DNA of 63,764 nucleotides, the filler included, from Licmophora abbreviata (taxonomy: Eukaryota): the NCBI GenBank assembly GCA_900291995.1. It is 9 parts of 9 records of this genome, joined end to end, with 100 filler letters (N's around TTAATTAATTAA, not from the genome) between each part and the next. Parts side by side here need not be neighbours in the genome. Positions count along the whole stretch, not along the records: positions 1 to 11,033 come from OLMU01001205.1; positions 11,134 to 25,469 come from OLMU01001209.1; 7 more parts are not named here. One strand, written 5' to 3'. The notes under the pieces were generated by a model. It was not told the origin of the DNA. It was given only the letters and a program-made list of their open reading frames with translations, and made no database searches. This document shows positions 1 to 12,268 of the stretch, piece by piece; positions within the stretch are counted from its first letter, which is position 1; every line of letters begins with the position of its first letter. The position numbers and the translations under genes are program-made.

Positions 1-61
1 TGTACAAGGCCTTCGGAGTGAGCAGTGAGAGCGTCAAAGAGGGAAGAAGACGACAGAAGCA

Positions 62-3000
62 ATGTCGAGGTCACCAGGGCCGAATCCTAAACGTAAACTC
101 GAGACTCCCTCTCCCTCTCGCTTGTCGACAGAAGTAACAGCTGAACAGTTCGAATCTGGAACGGCTCCCGACCAACCCGTTCTGACGCAGCCTACCCCGA
201 AAAGCATGACCAGGGACATGCCCGCGTTCTCCCCAACAAAGGCTTCCACTACGACCCCTCACCAAGCGTCTATAGGCGTCGCTGGTCGAGCAGCGCTTGG
301 AAGTGCAAGGCAACGATCCACCAAAGCTGTGCAGTCTCTCTCGTCTTTTCAGACTGATTCAAGAGCCAGTGCCAGACTGAAAACGTGTGATCTTTCCAAA
401 ATATCCATGATTTGCACGGTGGCCCACCGGGGAATGGAAATATTCTTTGCTTCTGTCCCGACAAAACGAACTGTTCTGGGAGTTTGTTCTCGTACCAGAG
501 TTGTACTACAGACACTGGCACTTCCCAGCAACGACGAAAAAGGTTACCATCGTGTCTCTTCTGTCCAATCCGCAAACGGGAATGGTATCGGTGGCCATGT
601 CCGACGGCATGGTACAGACCTATCGGCCATTTGCCACCACCGCTGGCCCATCGGCGGACCCCTCGGCGTTGGTGCGACCCTATGGCAAGTTCCGATGGAT
701 TCCTGGTCCTCTGATAAGCTGCCGCGAAGTTTTCTATCATGACGGTGATGATCGACTTGATTTATTTTCACCGTCGTCTTTTGATATTTCATCGTCGGGG
801 GATAGCAAATTGCTCGTGTCACATCGCGATCAGCTGGCCGTCTTTGACGTGTCTCAAGACGGACCTCCCGCTGATGCAGAGCTGCTATGGACAACGCGTA
901 TGGATGCTCCTGTTTCATCTGCAAAGCTTTCGGGAGACGGACGCGCGATTGTGCTCGTGGTTGAGGGAGAAGGTATTGGGAACCGAAATCCCTTTGGCAC
1001 ACGCACCTTTTTGAGAGACTCGGAGGACGGCAGTCGCTTGGCGGAGGCGGCGCCGATTCCGACACCAGCAGAAGTCCAGCGACAAACCTCGTCTGGGTCT
1101 GCCGTTGGCATTGTGTACAAACCTGGGCCGTTCCTGATCCACCCCACTCCTGTTTCGAGGATTTCCTTTCGCGGGACAGGCAATATTACGTCCAATGTGA
1201 AACCAGACGAGGATGAAGGCAACGACCTACTGCTGACATACTGCGAGGAGGATTCAAGTGCTCGAATTTTTAGTCAGAATAGTTGGAAGCAGTTGATGCA
1301 TTGGAACACGCCACCGAGTAGTCGTGCAGACTGGGTGCGAGGCATTTCTGCGTTCAATTTGGGCGACCTGGAAGCAAGAAGGAAACAGGGATCAGGCTCC
1401 TCGCCAAATAGTCGGCACTCGAGTATGGGCTCCATAGAGGAATCTGCTGACATCAATGCTGGCTTGCCGGGAGCTCGTGGGATGCCGTCGGTCCCGCCTT
1501 CTGCAAGCCCGACATCTGCTGCTGGAGCCTGGATTGCAGAGCTGACTTTTCGGAATTCATTCCCCGCCCTGCGACTGTCACGACTAAGCTACATGAAACG
1601 TGGCGCCGACGAGAGTCATCCTGCTCACTTTGAGAGCGTTGCAGCGATTCTCCCAACCTCTTCCCTGGAGGCGGAAAGTGTTTTAGAGGCGGGCGATCTA
1701 GGTCTGTCGGTAGAGGGAATCTGGCCAGCATGGCTTCCATGGTCGTCAGGAGACGCAGCCGGCGAGACGGAGGGCGCCCCGGGTGGCTCAGCGATGGCTT
1801 TGCTGGGTCTTTCTTCGGGAGCACTACCGTCGCAGGGTATGTTCGGCGAAAGCCACCAAAGCGGGACGCATGGACCTCCGAGTGAACTGCGTGTCGTCGC
1901 GTCGCACCCGCACACAGAGAAAGTCGTTGTTATGGAGTTTCCTCTGTGGGGCGACCTTGACTTCGGAGCTATGGAATTGGGAAATCCTCTGCGATACCTT
2001 CTTGCCCTCTCAGAAGCTAGTGATGTGCAGAGAGAACAGGGCGCAGAGGAGTCTGCAACGGACGCACCGGTAGTGTCTGTCGAATATGAGTCGGACATGC
2101 TGTGTGCTCAAATACAGCGTCGAGGGACGTCGGTAGCACTGACATGGCGCAGACATGCAGCCACATCCGTCGTACCGGCATCGCCCGCTGTATTTCATGC
2201 GGCAATGTCCGTCTCCGAATCGATTCACTCATCTGAAAGCTATGATATCCCTGACGTCAACACGTGCGGAAATGGACCGGAAATGTTTCAGGACTTGAGT
2301 GTTGTCCCCGTACCGATCTCTCTACCTTCGCTGCGATTACCCAGAAACCTCGTCTCACACGGCAGGGAGAAACTTGTGTCCGTACATTGGTGGAAGGATC
2401 GACGTATAGGTGGCTCACCGTACCTCTTCGCTATTACATCTTCTGGGGCGATTGTTATCTATGAGTTATCTCCACCGCGAAGTGCGTTGGAACCTTCAAT
2501 GCCGAACTTTGATCCTTTTCAGATGTCTCGCACTAGCAGCGCTATTTCATTTGACACTGGAGACGTTGCAAGCGATGAAAGTGGCGAAGATGGCGTGCGA
2601 CAAGACTATGAAGTGAATATCACACCCCACCCAGATTTTGGCATCGGCCTCCGCCTGGAAGCCCAGCATGACGGGAAGCCGGCAATTGCAGGTTCTTTCA
2701 AGAAACATCCATTGAATGGCGGGATTTTACCTGCGGAGAGGACAGGAATGATTGTTCTAGGTGACGAAGTGCTGAGTGTCAATGGCGTCGGTCTGGAGGG
2801 CATCCCATTTGACGAGATTATTGCTACTGTCCGTAAAGTTGGATCGGAGACGAAGAAAGGCGAACCATTGTGTCTACAGTTCCGGGCATCTTTGGAGAGT
2901 AGATTGCACATGGCGAAAACTGCGGTATTGTCAGAAAGTCAAAGGTCGGAAGGGAGCAATCGACGAACAATGGAACAGATACTGGGTGTAGCCCCACGAA

Positions 3001-6000
3001 GACATTCATCTACCGGAGGCTCTGATATTGTCAAGGTCGATTCTGATGATGCAGACAGTCACGTATCAATGCTGGTTGGGGCCCATAGCGAAATGCAGCA
3101 GGAGCTCAGTCGAGTCCTTGCGGTAATTCAGAAAGCTGTGCCGATATCCGAACCAGCGACGCTCCTGACGATACTTCCTCCACAGGAAGGGGATGATTCG
3201 AACGCCGGAAGGTCCAAGACGGCTGTCCTTGTCATAGGGAACGGCACCTCTCTGTCAGTGAGACAGATCGACTTCATGGCGGACGGACAACCAGACAGCG
3301 CTAGCTGCAGTGAGGCTGGCTCGCTTGACTTGGGTACCGGTACCGGTACGACTTCCGTCAAGTCTCCACTTGATGACCAGATGGGCATTGTCAGTATGGA
3401 TGTCGCCGACGACCCCGGATGTGCATGTCTACTTATCGGTCATCTTTGTGGGACGACAAGCCTGGTTTTAATGGACTGGGGGGACCCTAAGTTACAAAGC
3501 AGGTCGACACATACGGGGCTCACAGTGAAGCTTCGACACTTCCCTGTCGTCGAGCACGGCCCTTCACTGGACATGTCCAGCTGTGTAGTGCGAGCATCGT
3601 CCATGGAGCTCATTGGATTCATGCCCGGCAACATGCAGCTGAGTCACTCAGTCAGTTTATGGGCTGCACGGCCATCTCCTTTTGCTCCTAAGCAAGAAAT
3701 CACAAGTGACCATGTTATGGAAGCAAACCACCCTGAGTATGTTATGACCGAGATTTCTGTCGAGTCATTCTGCCGACAGGAGGGCGAAGAATTGGTCGAT
3801 TTTCGTTTCGTCCGAACTGGCACCTTGGATGCCTTTCCGTTGGTTGTGACAATGACACAGACCACGGCAATCGTCCATAGAAGAGCGGGAGATAGCTTTG
3901 AGTGGACCCCAGTTGTAGCTTTGCGATATCCAGAGTGCGACAATCCTTCAACCTGGAGGGATCAAGTTTTGCGTGATCGCACGAGCCCCTGCGTGTCGTT
4001 TCCGCACTTGATTCCCGCCGTCCTCAGCCTTGTGTCAGCTATCGATGAGTATTGTCACCTTAAATCAGACTGGCACCCTGAGGCTGTCCTGGCATTCGCT
4101 TGCACGGAGGCTCATGGTGTTGGAACAGCAATGCAGGGAAATCTGAAGGGGATATACTCCTGGCTCGCTCGTTGGATGGACCCCGACGATAACGCCAGGC
4201 CAGACGGCAACGAAAAGTTTCCAATTGGAGTTACTCCGCTAGGATTGATTGGGGGGGGCACTCTTTTCATGGAAGGCGACGACCTGAAAGAGAAGGCGCG
4301 AAATGGTCTAGCGGAAAGCTCTGCTGGTTTCATGCTACGCTCACCTACGCAGGAGCAAAGCGAACTTGTCAGGAAAGGCGACGAATTGCGTAGAGAACTT
4401 CAACGGGCACTTTGCCCGTCGCAGCGCGGAACAAGTGAAGGAGAAGGTCCAGATAACTCGAGACTGCTTCTTCCTCCTCCTCTATCAAGATTGAATAACA
4501 ATGAACTACGTCTCCTATGGGCCATAGGCGAGATGCTTGCCGCCCCGCCGAAATTCGGATCACTAGACGCTGAAGCTCAGTTGACTCTTTTCTGCTTGAG
4601 GTTGGTTCAGATATTGATGACTGCAAAAGACGACGACGAGAACGATGAATCTAATCATCCGTCCACGACCAGCAGCACCCATGATATGATTCAGTCGTCT
4701 TTTCGTGTCCACTCAAAGCCTGTTCTTCAGCCCGAAGACGCTCCTCGAGTATCTTTGATGGCTTCGGCTGGCTGTGTGTCCGCAATCGCAAGTTCTTCCC
4801 AAGGACGACTGCTTCGGTCATATCGGGCTACCCGTACAAACGAGAAGTTCGACTGGAACTCAGCTCGGCAATTTCGAATCCCACTCTGGCTTAGATCAAC
4901 TGAGCAGCTACAAAAGATCTCGGAAGAGATTGGACAGTCAGTGTACAGACAAACAAGAGATATTATGGAAAGCGCACTTTTCTTCATCATTGTTCGCAAT
5001 TCGCGGACAATGCGAAATCTGGCTGCAACTGATGCTTCAGACAGCGGTAGGAAATTCTTGAAATTCATTTCCGCGTATGATTTTGCAAGCGAGCGTGGTC
5101 GAAAGGCCGCAGAGAAGAACGCATACAGCCTACTGAGGAAGCGCAAATACCGAGCGGCGGCGTCGTTCTTCCTCCTCCCGGAGCCACCCATGCTAAAAAC
5201 TGCGCTTGAGGTAATGGTGACCCAGATGCAGGACTTCGAGTTGGCTTTCATGACTGCACGTCTATTGGAGAATGCGACCAAAACAGTTGGTGGATTGAGC
5301 ACTTTTGGTTCAGTAGGAGTGGGAGGAATGATGGGAGGAGGAGCAGGGTTTGCTTCAGCTGACGAGGGCGTTTCCACTGAAGTGGTCGATGATAGAGTTA
5401 CGTTTGACAAGTGGAAACCAGACATTGGGCAAGGCGCACAAGATCTTATTCGAAGTCGAGGTATACCTGAGGCTTCGACGGATCCCTGTCTCAGAGCCCT
5501 CCTTTTTATTTGGCTAGGGCAAACGGAAAGAGGGGCTCGTTGTCTTTCAGGACTGGCGAGCAGCGACCAAAGTGACGCAATAGTTCCTCTTGGCTTCAGG
5601 CGGACCCAGACGACACCTGTCCCATCTTCGATAGAAATCAGAGGTCCTCACCATGATTTCAGAAAGCCCACGGGTCACGAAAAGTCCATTACGGCGAGCA
5701 ATCAGGTGATTTCTATGGCCAGCGCCGTAATCAACTTTGCAGCTTGTCCTTTTTTGGTTACTTCTTTGGAGGCCAGTGCCCGAACTCGCTGGGCCGCAAC
5801 GCTCTTCGTTTCCCGCGCTTTGAGTCGACGTGGTTTAGACTTACAGGCGGCTCGCTCCATATTGCAGAACACAGACAAGGCCAATACCAACAAGGTGGAG
5901 CTTGTGAAGCGAAACCAGAAGCCACAGCCGCAAGGCTCTCCTGCTGGAAGAGTTGAAGCCGCTTCTTCGATTTTCGACGCGTTCGATGTTCCTCAACAGA

Positions 6001-9000
6001 AAAAGCAAACGACGACAACAGAAAATGCCCCTCCTTCAATATTTGACTCTTTTGATGTGCCTCAGAGGCTTCGGAAACCATCGGCAGTACCTACAGCCCC
6101 AGAGTCGTCAATTTTTGCCGACTTCGATGCACGACCCGCACAAAACAAATCGCACGGAAGTGGATCGGTAGCATCGTCGTCAATTTTTGACTCGTTTGCG
6201 ACAGCTCCTCAAACCCTGAAGCCAACCTTAGCGACAAAGAGCAACGGCGAAGCTTCTTCCTCAATATTCGACTCGTTTGACATTGCCCCACCGAAAAGCA
6301 ACTTGGCAGTGCCAAAACATAGTGAATCGGACCCTACAAGGACGTCTGCGTCTGCTACCCAAGAAACCACCGACCAGTCAATGGTTACCGAGAAGGTGGA
6401 CAGTGACGCCGAGGAACTCTCGATACCAGAGCTCTGGAAAGAGTGGCGCAAAAGAATTCTGGTCTGGTCGGTTGCGCGACGACTGATAAGAGAGCTGGCG
6501 CGAGTCATCTCACGTTTTCGCGGCGACGCAATAGACGCCCCGATTAGTATTTTTCGGAAGCACACACACCCACTTTTGCCGTCGAATGTCGGTGAGATAC
6601 TTCATGATCACTGTGACGGCGACGACGTCCTAACCGACGCAAAGAGTTGTATCAACGAAATCTGTACGTCATGCAAGGTGGACAAGAATGTCGTCACATC
6701 AGCAGCGCTTCGTATTCTGTCTGCAGACTTGTCGCCAAAGCGAATCGTCTTCGCTGCCCTGCTGTGTTCCGCCACTAATAGGGACACTGACGCCGAAATG
6801 ATTGTACGACAAGCAGCAGCTGCTCAGACTGAACGGTGCGAAGCATTTTCCATCGCTAACGACGAACTTGTCGACAACAGAAGGACATCGCATTGTGTCG
6901 CCAGCCAGCACTTGCGACGAACTGCAGCAAGGGTGAGCTGGCAGCTCGAATTGTGCCTCTGGCTTCACCGTGGAGGAGCCCTGACCTTATCGCCTGTCGC
7001 CATTAAAGAGTCCACTGTGGCTGTCCGTATCGGTTTGATGATCTCCAGCTGGGGGCGTTCGCCCGAGTGTCTCGAATCGATGTTGAGGTGTGAACCAGAC
7101 TGCCCCATGGACGACCAAGCTGGTCGTCAGCTCTGGAGCAGCATGAAACTCATTTCTGGGGTTGAGGAAAAGACCAAGAGAGTAGAAAGGGTGAGCAGTG
7201 GAGGGTGGGAATTTCTTGTCGAGTGCAGGCGAGATGACGCTACCGAAATGCTCAGAACTCGGCCGTGTGGGACATTCCTGATTCGTCCACATTCCGAGAG
7301 GACTGGTGTATTCACCTTGAGTTTTAAGACAAATCTCGTCCCGACGGACAGCACTGCAACTGAAAAGAAAGACGAGGATGGGAGCGATGGCCTGGAAGAA
7401 AAAACCGAGGACGAGAGTGATGCATCGAAGCCAACGCCTTCAAAGCCCGTTCGGAAGGATGATGTGGTGCAGCATGCCATTATTCGCCTTTCTGACGTTG
7501 GATTCCGATGCGGCTCTTTCGGTCCATTTACTTCGTTAATGAATCTCCTCGAAGCGGTTTCGTCGTCGCTGCCCTTTGATCTTTTGTTCAACGCGCCTCC
7601 CACACAGGCCCTGATCAAAGACGAGGGCAGCCAGCCTTCTCCGAACGCTGTATATCTCAGGAAGTTTGCTCTGACAGCACACTCCGAACGGTTTCGATGG
7701 AATGGCGAGGGTCGTGACCCAGGCAGCACCCAGCATTCGAATAATACCGGATCGAAGACTGAGCCCGTTGCTGATAGCAGCCAGAATGCTGATACTGAAC
7801 TCGCACGCCGTCGACGGTTTGGTATGTTTCTGCAACTCGTGGTGCTTTCCGAAATTCGCAAACAACTGTGTTCTGTGGTCGCCGCAGAGCTCAAGGAGGT
7901 TACCAGTCAAGATCAGCAGCGACCTCTTGGAGAAGAGTATACGATGGACGTGAATCAGAGTCGGGCGACGGAAAGTTGTTCGGAGGGCACAGAGTCGGGG
8001 GGAGCCGAACAGGCATACGCGGTCGCCTCGAGACTTTTGAGGCCTCTCTTGAACTGGTGCCGAGCTTTGGAGACTCGAATAACGTCAGAGCTGGCACCAG
8101 ACATCCTCGAGTTGTTGCACTCGGCAGCCGACGAACCGTTATTTGATGTGTCCTCACGTATCGAAAAAGGGATGTTAGCGAATGACAAGTCTCATGGAGG
8201 CGACGCAGTGATTCGTCGCATGATCCAACGAGACTCGGGTGTGGAATTCCGAACGGTTCGTGTCGGGGAAGCAGGAGAAAGTGCTATGATTGTTCTCTTC
8301 AGCAAGACAGAAGCCACGAATTGGCTCGTCAAGAAGGGTCTAGAAAAAAGCGAAGAAGACGCTATGGGTCGCCTGGAATGGATGGAAAGGCGACGGGTGA
8401 TAGAACCGATCGAGTCAAAGGACATGGCTGTGAAGCCAATCGGTGGCAACGGATTCGACGCCGATCAAGAGAAAGTTAGATATCGGTTCGTTGATCCTTG
8501 GGAAGTCGAGGTTCTTGCAAACCGAGACGCGGAAACGATGGGAGCATCTCTCGGTCGCGAGCACTTTTACGAATTTAGCATCACCAGTGTCGCGAGATCG
8601 TGCGAAGATGTGTTCAGGGCTATTGGCGGAGTCCACCTCCTTGGCTTGTGGGCATACGCCAAAGGAGGACTGCGTCTCACGAAGGCAATTGCTTCCGTGC
8701 ACGCTCCGTGGGAAAGGGATGCTGGTGGCGATTTGCAAATGTCTGAGGGCACAGTTACTGAGCCTCCACCTTTTTCCAACAGCATCCGGCAACACCTGTA
8801 TCGAAACGCTCTATTCCGTCGCCTCAAGACTCCTCAACGTTTTCTCGCTCTCGTTCAAGTAGAACTGCTTGATCTGAAGAATCTGACTTCGCCGGGTGGA
8901 TCCCCTTCTCTATCGGTGTACGCATTGTTGCGTCTGAAGAGGCCCGGTTCCTCGGCTCCTCTCACACACAAGGCTAGGACACTGGACAGTGCTGCCACTC

Positions 9001-9515
9001 AACCAAAGAAGATTGGCAAGAGCTCCGGCCCCAACGCACCCGCTTCCTGGGGCAGTGTCGTTCGGTTCCGTTTTCCACTCCCTGAAGATGTCAATTGCGA
9101 TGGCGTCAGCGTGGATGGAAATAGGGAAGCGTTGTTTCGAGGCCCACCCAGCGTGTTGCAGATATCAGTGTACGAAAAGAAGTTCATGAGTGACCTTGAG
9201 CTCGGTGATGCTGACATTAAGCTCGACGGACTCACCCATGGTGGTCAAATGGAAGAATGGGTCCCCCTTCGATCTCTGAAACAAGGACACAGTGGTACTG
9301 GCGGCATTAGTTGGTTCGCCCGCATTCGGTTGACTCTACGTTTTGAGCTCATGTGTCTGGAATCGGATAGTATGGATTTGGGAGATCGACCTCATAGCGT
9401 AGGCCTTCGGAGAATCCAGGAGCTCAGCAAACTCGGTGGGGCGTATGAAGACGCCGTCAAGAGGAGTTCAAGTACAACGGATCTCTTTAGCTACATTGAG
9501 AGCAACTTCTTTTGA
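62..9515 (+). CDS. Rav1/DMXL (rabconnectin-3 alpha, RAVE subunit)-like giant protein with WD40, PDZ, Rav1p_C, SH2, DEP and C2 domains; 1-nt frameshift at 537-541
   Basis: ORF 62.. joins ORF 447..9515 if one A is removed from the A5 run (VVLQTLALPSNDEK|VTIVSLLSNPQTGMVSVA, similar to the DMXL N-terminus). Rav1p_C signature KAAEKNAYSLLRKRKYRAAASFFLL and FDWNSARQFRIPLWLRS. PDZ: FGIGL...VLGDEVLSVNG. SH2: GTFLIRPHS. C2: LQISVYEKKFMSDLELGDADI...EEWVPL. Confidence 0.85.
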
Positions 9516-10116
9516 GAGTAGGACGCGCACAAATGGATCCAATCAGTAGGGAAAGTGGAATGAATGTAAATAGACGGTATGAACACACGAATTGTTCGAG
9601 TAGCGGTAGAAGAAAGAATCATGTAGTTACATGCCTCAATGCATCGTCATGGTGTTGCACAGACCTCCTTTTCGCAGTAGTCAGGCTTAGCGTCAGTACG
9701 TCAGTCGTCCTTCGTTGAAGACGGACGAACAACATAGACTGACGACGGACGTACTGACGCCCATCATCGTCGACGTCCGGCGATCGAGCACTAAACTGGC
9801 GGACTCGTAAAATAGAGGGCGTGTCCTTAGAGCTTATTCTTTTCGCAATTACAGTCGCTCCCCGCAAGCAGTGCCAGGTAAGGTGCCTTTGTGTGACAAG
9901 AGTAAAGGAGGGCGAAAACGAGGGTCCGACGAGGCTTCTTGTGTATTGGAAAGAGTATAGCTTGACTTCTGACGTTTGGGCCTGACTTCGCGTAGAATCC
10001 TACCGCATCGTAGTACAAATTGGGTGTTGATCTTGCGAACTTTCTCAACTCACAATCATCATCTACTGCATTGAACTGTCACAGTTCATCCACAGAAACA
10101 AGCATCACAGCTTACC

Positions 10117-11033
10117 ATGGAATCAGATGGAACGACCAGTGCGTCTTCTTTCTCTCAGACGTCTAGATCAAGGCTTTCTACGCCTCCTTCTCGCCGTACC
10201 ACCAGCCACTCCGCAACAACAACGGCCACGCCACTCCGCCACTACTTTTCACGACGCTCCTCGACACGGATCCAAACCAACGACCTGCCCCTGGAACACG
10301 GTGCCGTAGGACACTACTCGCCTTGGGGTATATTCTATGGAGGGCTGTTTCTGACCGTCCCGCTCGCGTATATTTACATTTTACTCATTCTTTTGCGAGA
10401 AGTCTGCATGAGCTTTCCCGAGACGGTATACGAGCCCATTCAGCACTATGTCCCGATTCTCGCCAAGGTCGTGTCCACCATGGAGCAGAGCTCCGCCATT
10501 GTCGAATGCTGGTGTGTCATTGAAGCTCTCTTTTATGTGGCAATGAAACTGCACATTGTCTATCTGCAACGCCTCGATCCTCTCGAACGATCTCTTCTCA
10601 GTGCTCCCATGCTAGACGCGCACGAGCGGCAAGTTTTGTGGGATCGCATGATGGCGGTGGAGCAGGATGATCCTGTCACGTTCATATCCGAGTGGTTCTT
10701 TAATCAACCACTGGAAAACATATCGATTCATGATATTCGGAACTTTATCACCTGGTCCATGTTTGAAGGGAGGAACCCGGAGCATTTGACAGTCGAAGAA
10801 ATGGCGCAGCTCGACGATTTTATAGAAGAATTGGAGTGGTGTATAAGTCTACACTTGTATGGTGGGTCAGATAATAACAGCAACGGCAACAAGGAGGAAG
10901 GAACCGAAGAAACGGGACCGTTCCCTCTGGAGTCTGGACTCATGTTGACTCCTGAGAGGACTGCTTCAGCAATGATGAAGAAAGGACGACGGAGGCCTGT
11001 GCAGTGTACGTCCATCTCTATACATACAGTGCA
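10117..11033 (+). CDS. Membrane-anchored protein, probably the N-terminal part of an alpha/beta-hydrolase family protein (3' part lost in gap)
   Basis: ATG ORF with two hydrophobic segments followed by ERQVLWDRMM...FISEWFF..PLENI...IRNFITWSMF. Probable splice donor GTACGT near 11006, just before the gap. Confidence 0.55.
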
Positions 11034-11133
11034 NNNNNNNNNNNNNNNNNNNNNNNNNNNNNNNNNNNNNNNNNNNNTTAATTAATTAANNNNNNNNNNN
11101 NNNNNNNNNNNNNNNNNNNNNNNNNNNNNNNNN
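11034..11133. other. Artificial assembly spacer
   Basis: N44 + TTAATTAATTAA (stops in all six frames) + N44. Confidence 0.98.
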
Positions 11134-11174
11134 CGTCTCTTACAACACATTTCTCCTTCTTCCTGCATCACAGC

Positions 11175-11690
11175 ATGCGAGTGCGGTGTTTCGATAAGAC
11201 AAGCAAGCTGGTTCCTTGGCCTCCCGCGATCGAGTTTCATCCCGAGTGGCAGGACCAAATGGAGCGTTTCTTGACGGTTATGAACCGCCTCGTGTCCACC
11301 CTAGGCTCGGTTTTGAAGCCTAGGGAAGGTGATCCTACAGTTTCGACGACCCCAATAAACACCGACGATTCATCAGATGACGACGATTTCGTCACGGCAG
11401 TCTCATCGTCATCAGAGCCACCATCGATACGACAGTGGAATGCTGAAGTACTTGGCGGCACTGCGTATCCACCTCATTCTCTCCCAAGCCCTCAATGTCA
11501 CCAAGGGCCTATCCCCATCGTGCAATGGTGGCCGCGAAGCGGTAGCTCGGCGCCCGGAAACGTGTACATCTTCTTGCAAGGACGCGCCATCAGCACGCGC
11601 ATCAAGACGACGGATAGCTCGTTGCCCTTTCGACGACCGAGGAGTGTTCCTGTCACATTGGTGTTTGATGCCGGTTTTCGAAATGCATGA
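11175..11690 (+). CDS. Hypothetical protein, probably the terminal exon of a gene starting in the gap
   Basis: Pyrimidine tract ending in CACAG (acceptor-like) at about 11173, followed by a 171-aa ORF. No family recognised. Confidence 0.4.
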   Translation: MRVRCFDKTSKLVPWPPAIEFHPEWQDQMERFLTVMNRLVSTLGSVLKPREGDPTVSTTPINTDDSSDDDDFVTAVSSSSEPPSIRQWNAEVLGGTAYPPHSLPSPQCHQGPIPIVQWWPRSGSSAPGNVYIFLQGRAISTRIKTTDSSLPFRRPRSVPVTLVFDAGFRNA

Positions 11691-12268
11691 TGAAGTGGGA
11701 GGCAAAGAACGTCTACAGAACGACACTGTGCCTTCCGCCAGCAAACGTCCCAACTTGTGTGTGTTTTCAGTTTAGCCCGACACATTGTCGTGCGTAAACC
11801 ATTCATCGCCCTCTTCGCTTGCGCTCGTTGCCGTGTGTTATACCATATGCTAGATTAAGTTTCAACGCCGAAGAGCGTGTGGCAAGTGAGATTGATTCTA
11901 GCTTTTGCATACCTTTGCGACGCCAGATGGTTCACAATCGGGCGATTAGACCGCGACAACAACCAACAATTGCTAACTCTAGTCTAGAAGATTTGATACG
12001 AGCTGGGAGCCGAAACAGCTCACTTAGTGAACATTGGTGTCTTTTAGGAAGCGGATAGACCAAGAGGCATGAAACAGAAGCTCATTGACTGCACGGGGAT
12101 GGCTTCGACAACGACGACACGAGCTCGGTCTATCATACGTGTATCCCACTTGCGTTTTCCGGTCGCCGAGCAGACGGACGGAACAACAGAACGCAATTCG
12201 ATTTTGGTTTGAAGTCGAGCTATCTCAGCATCAGTGTGCTGAGACGACGGGATGAGCGTCCATCGACG

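Noticed and set aside
11078..11089. TTAATTAATTAA repeated eight times in the window
   Set aside because: Always centred in N runs; it is a synthetic six-frame stop linker and not biological.
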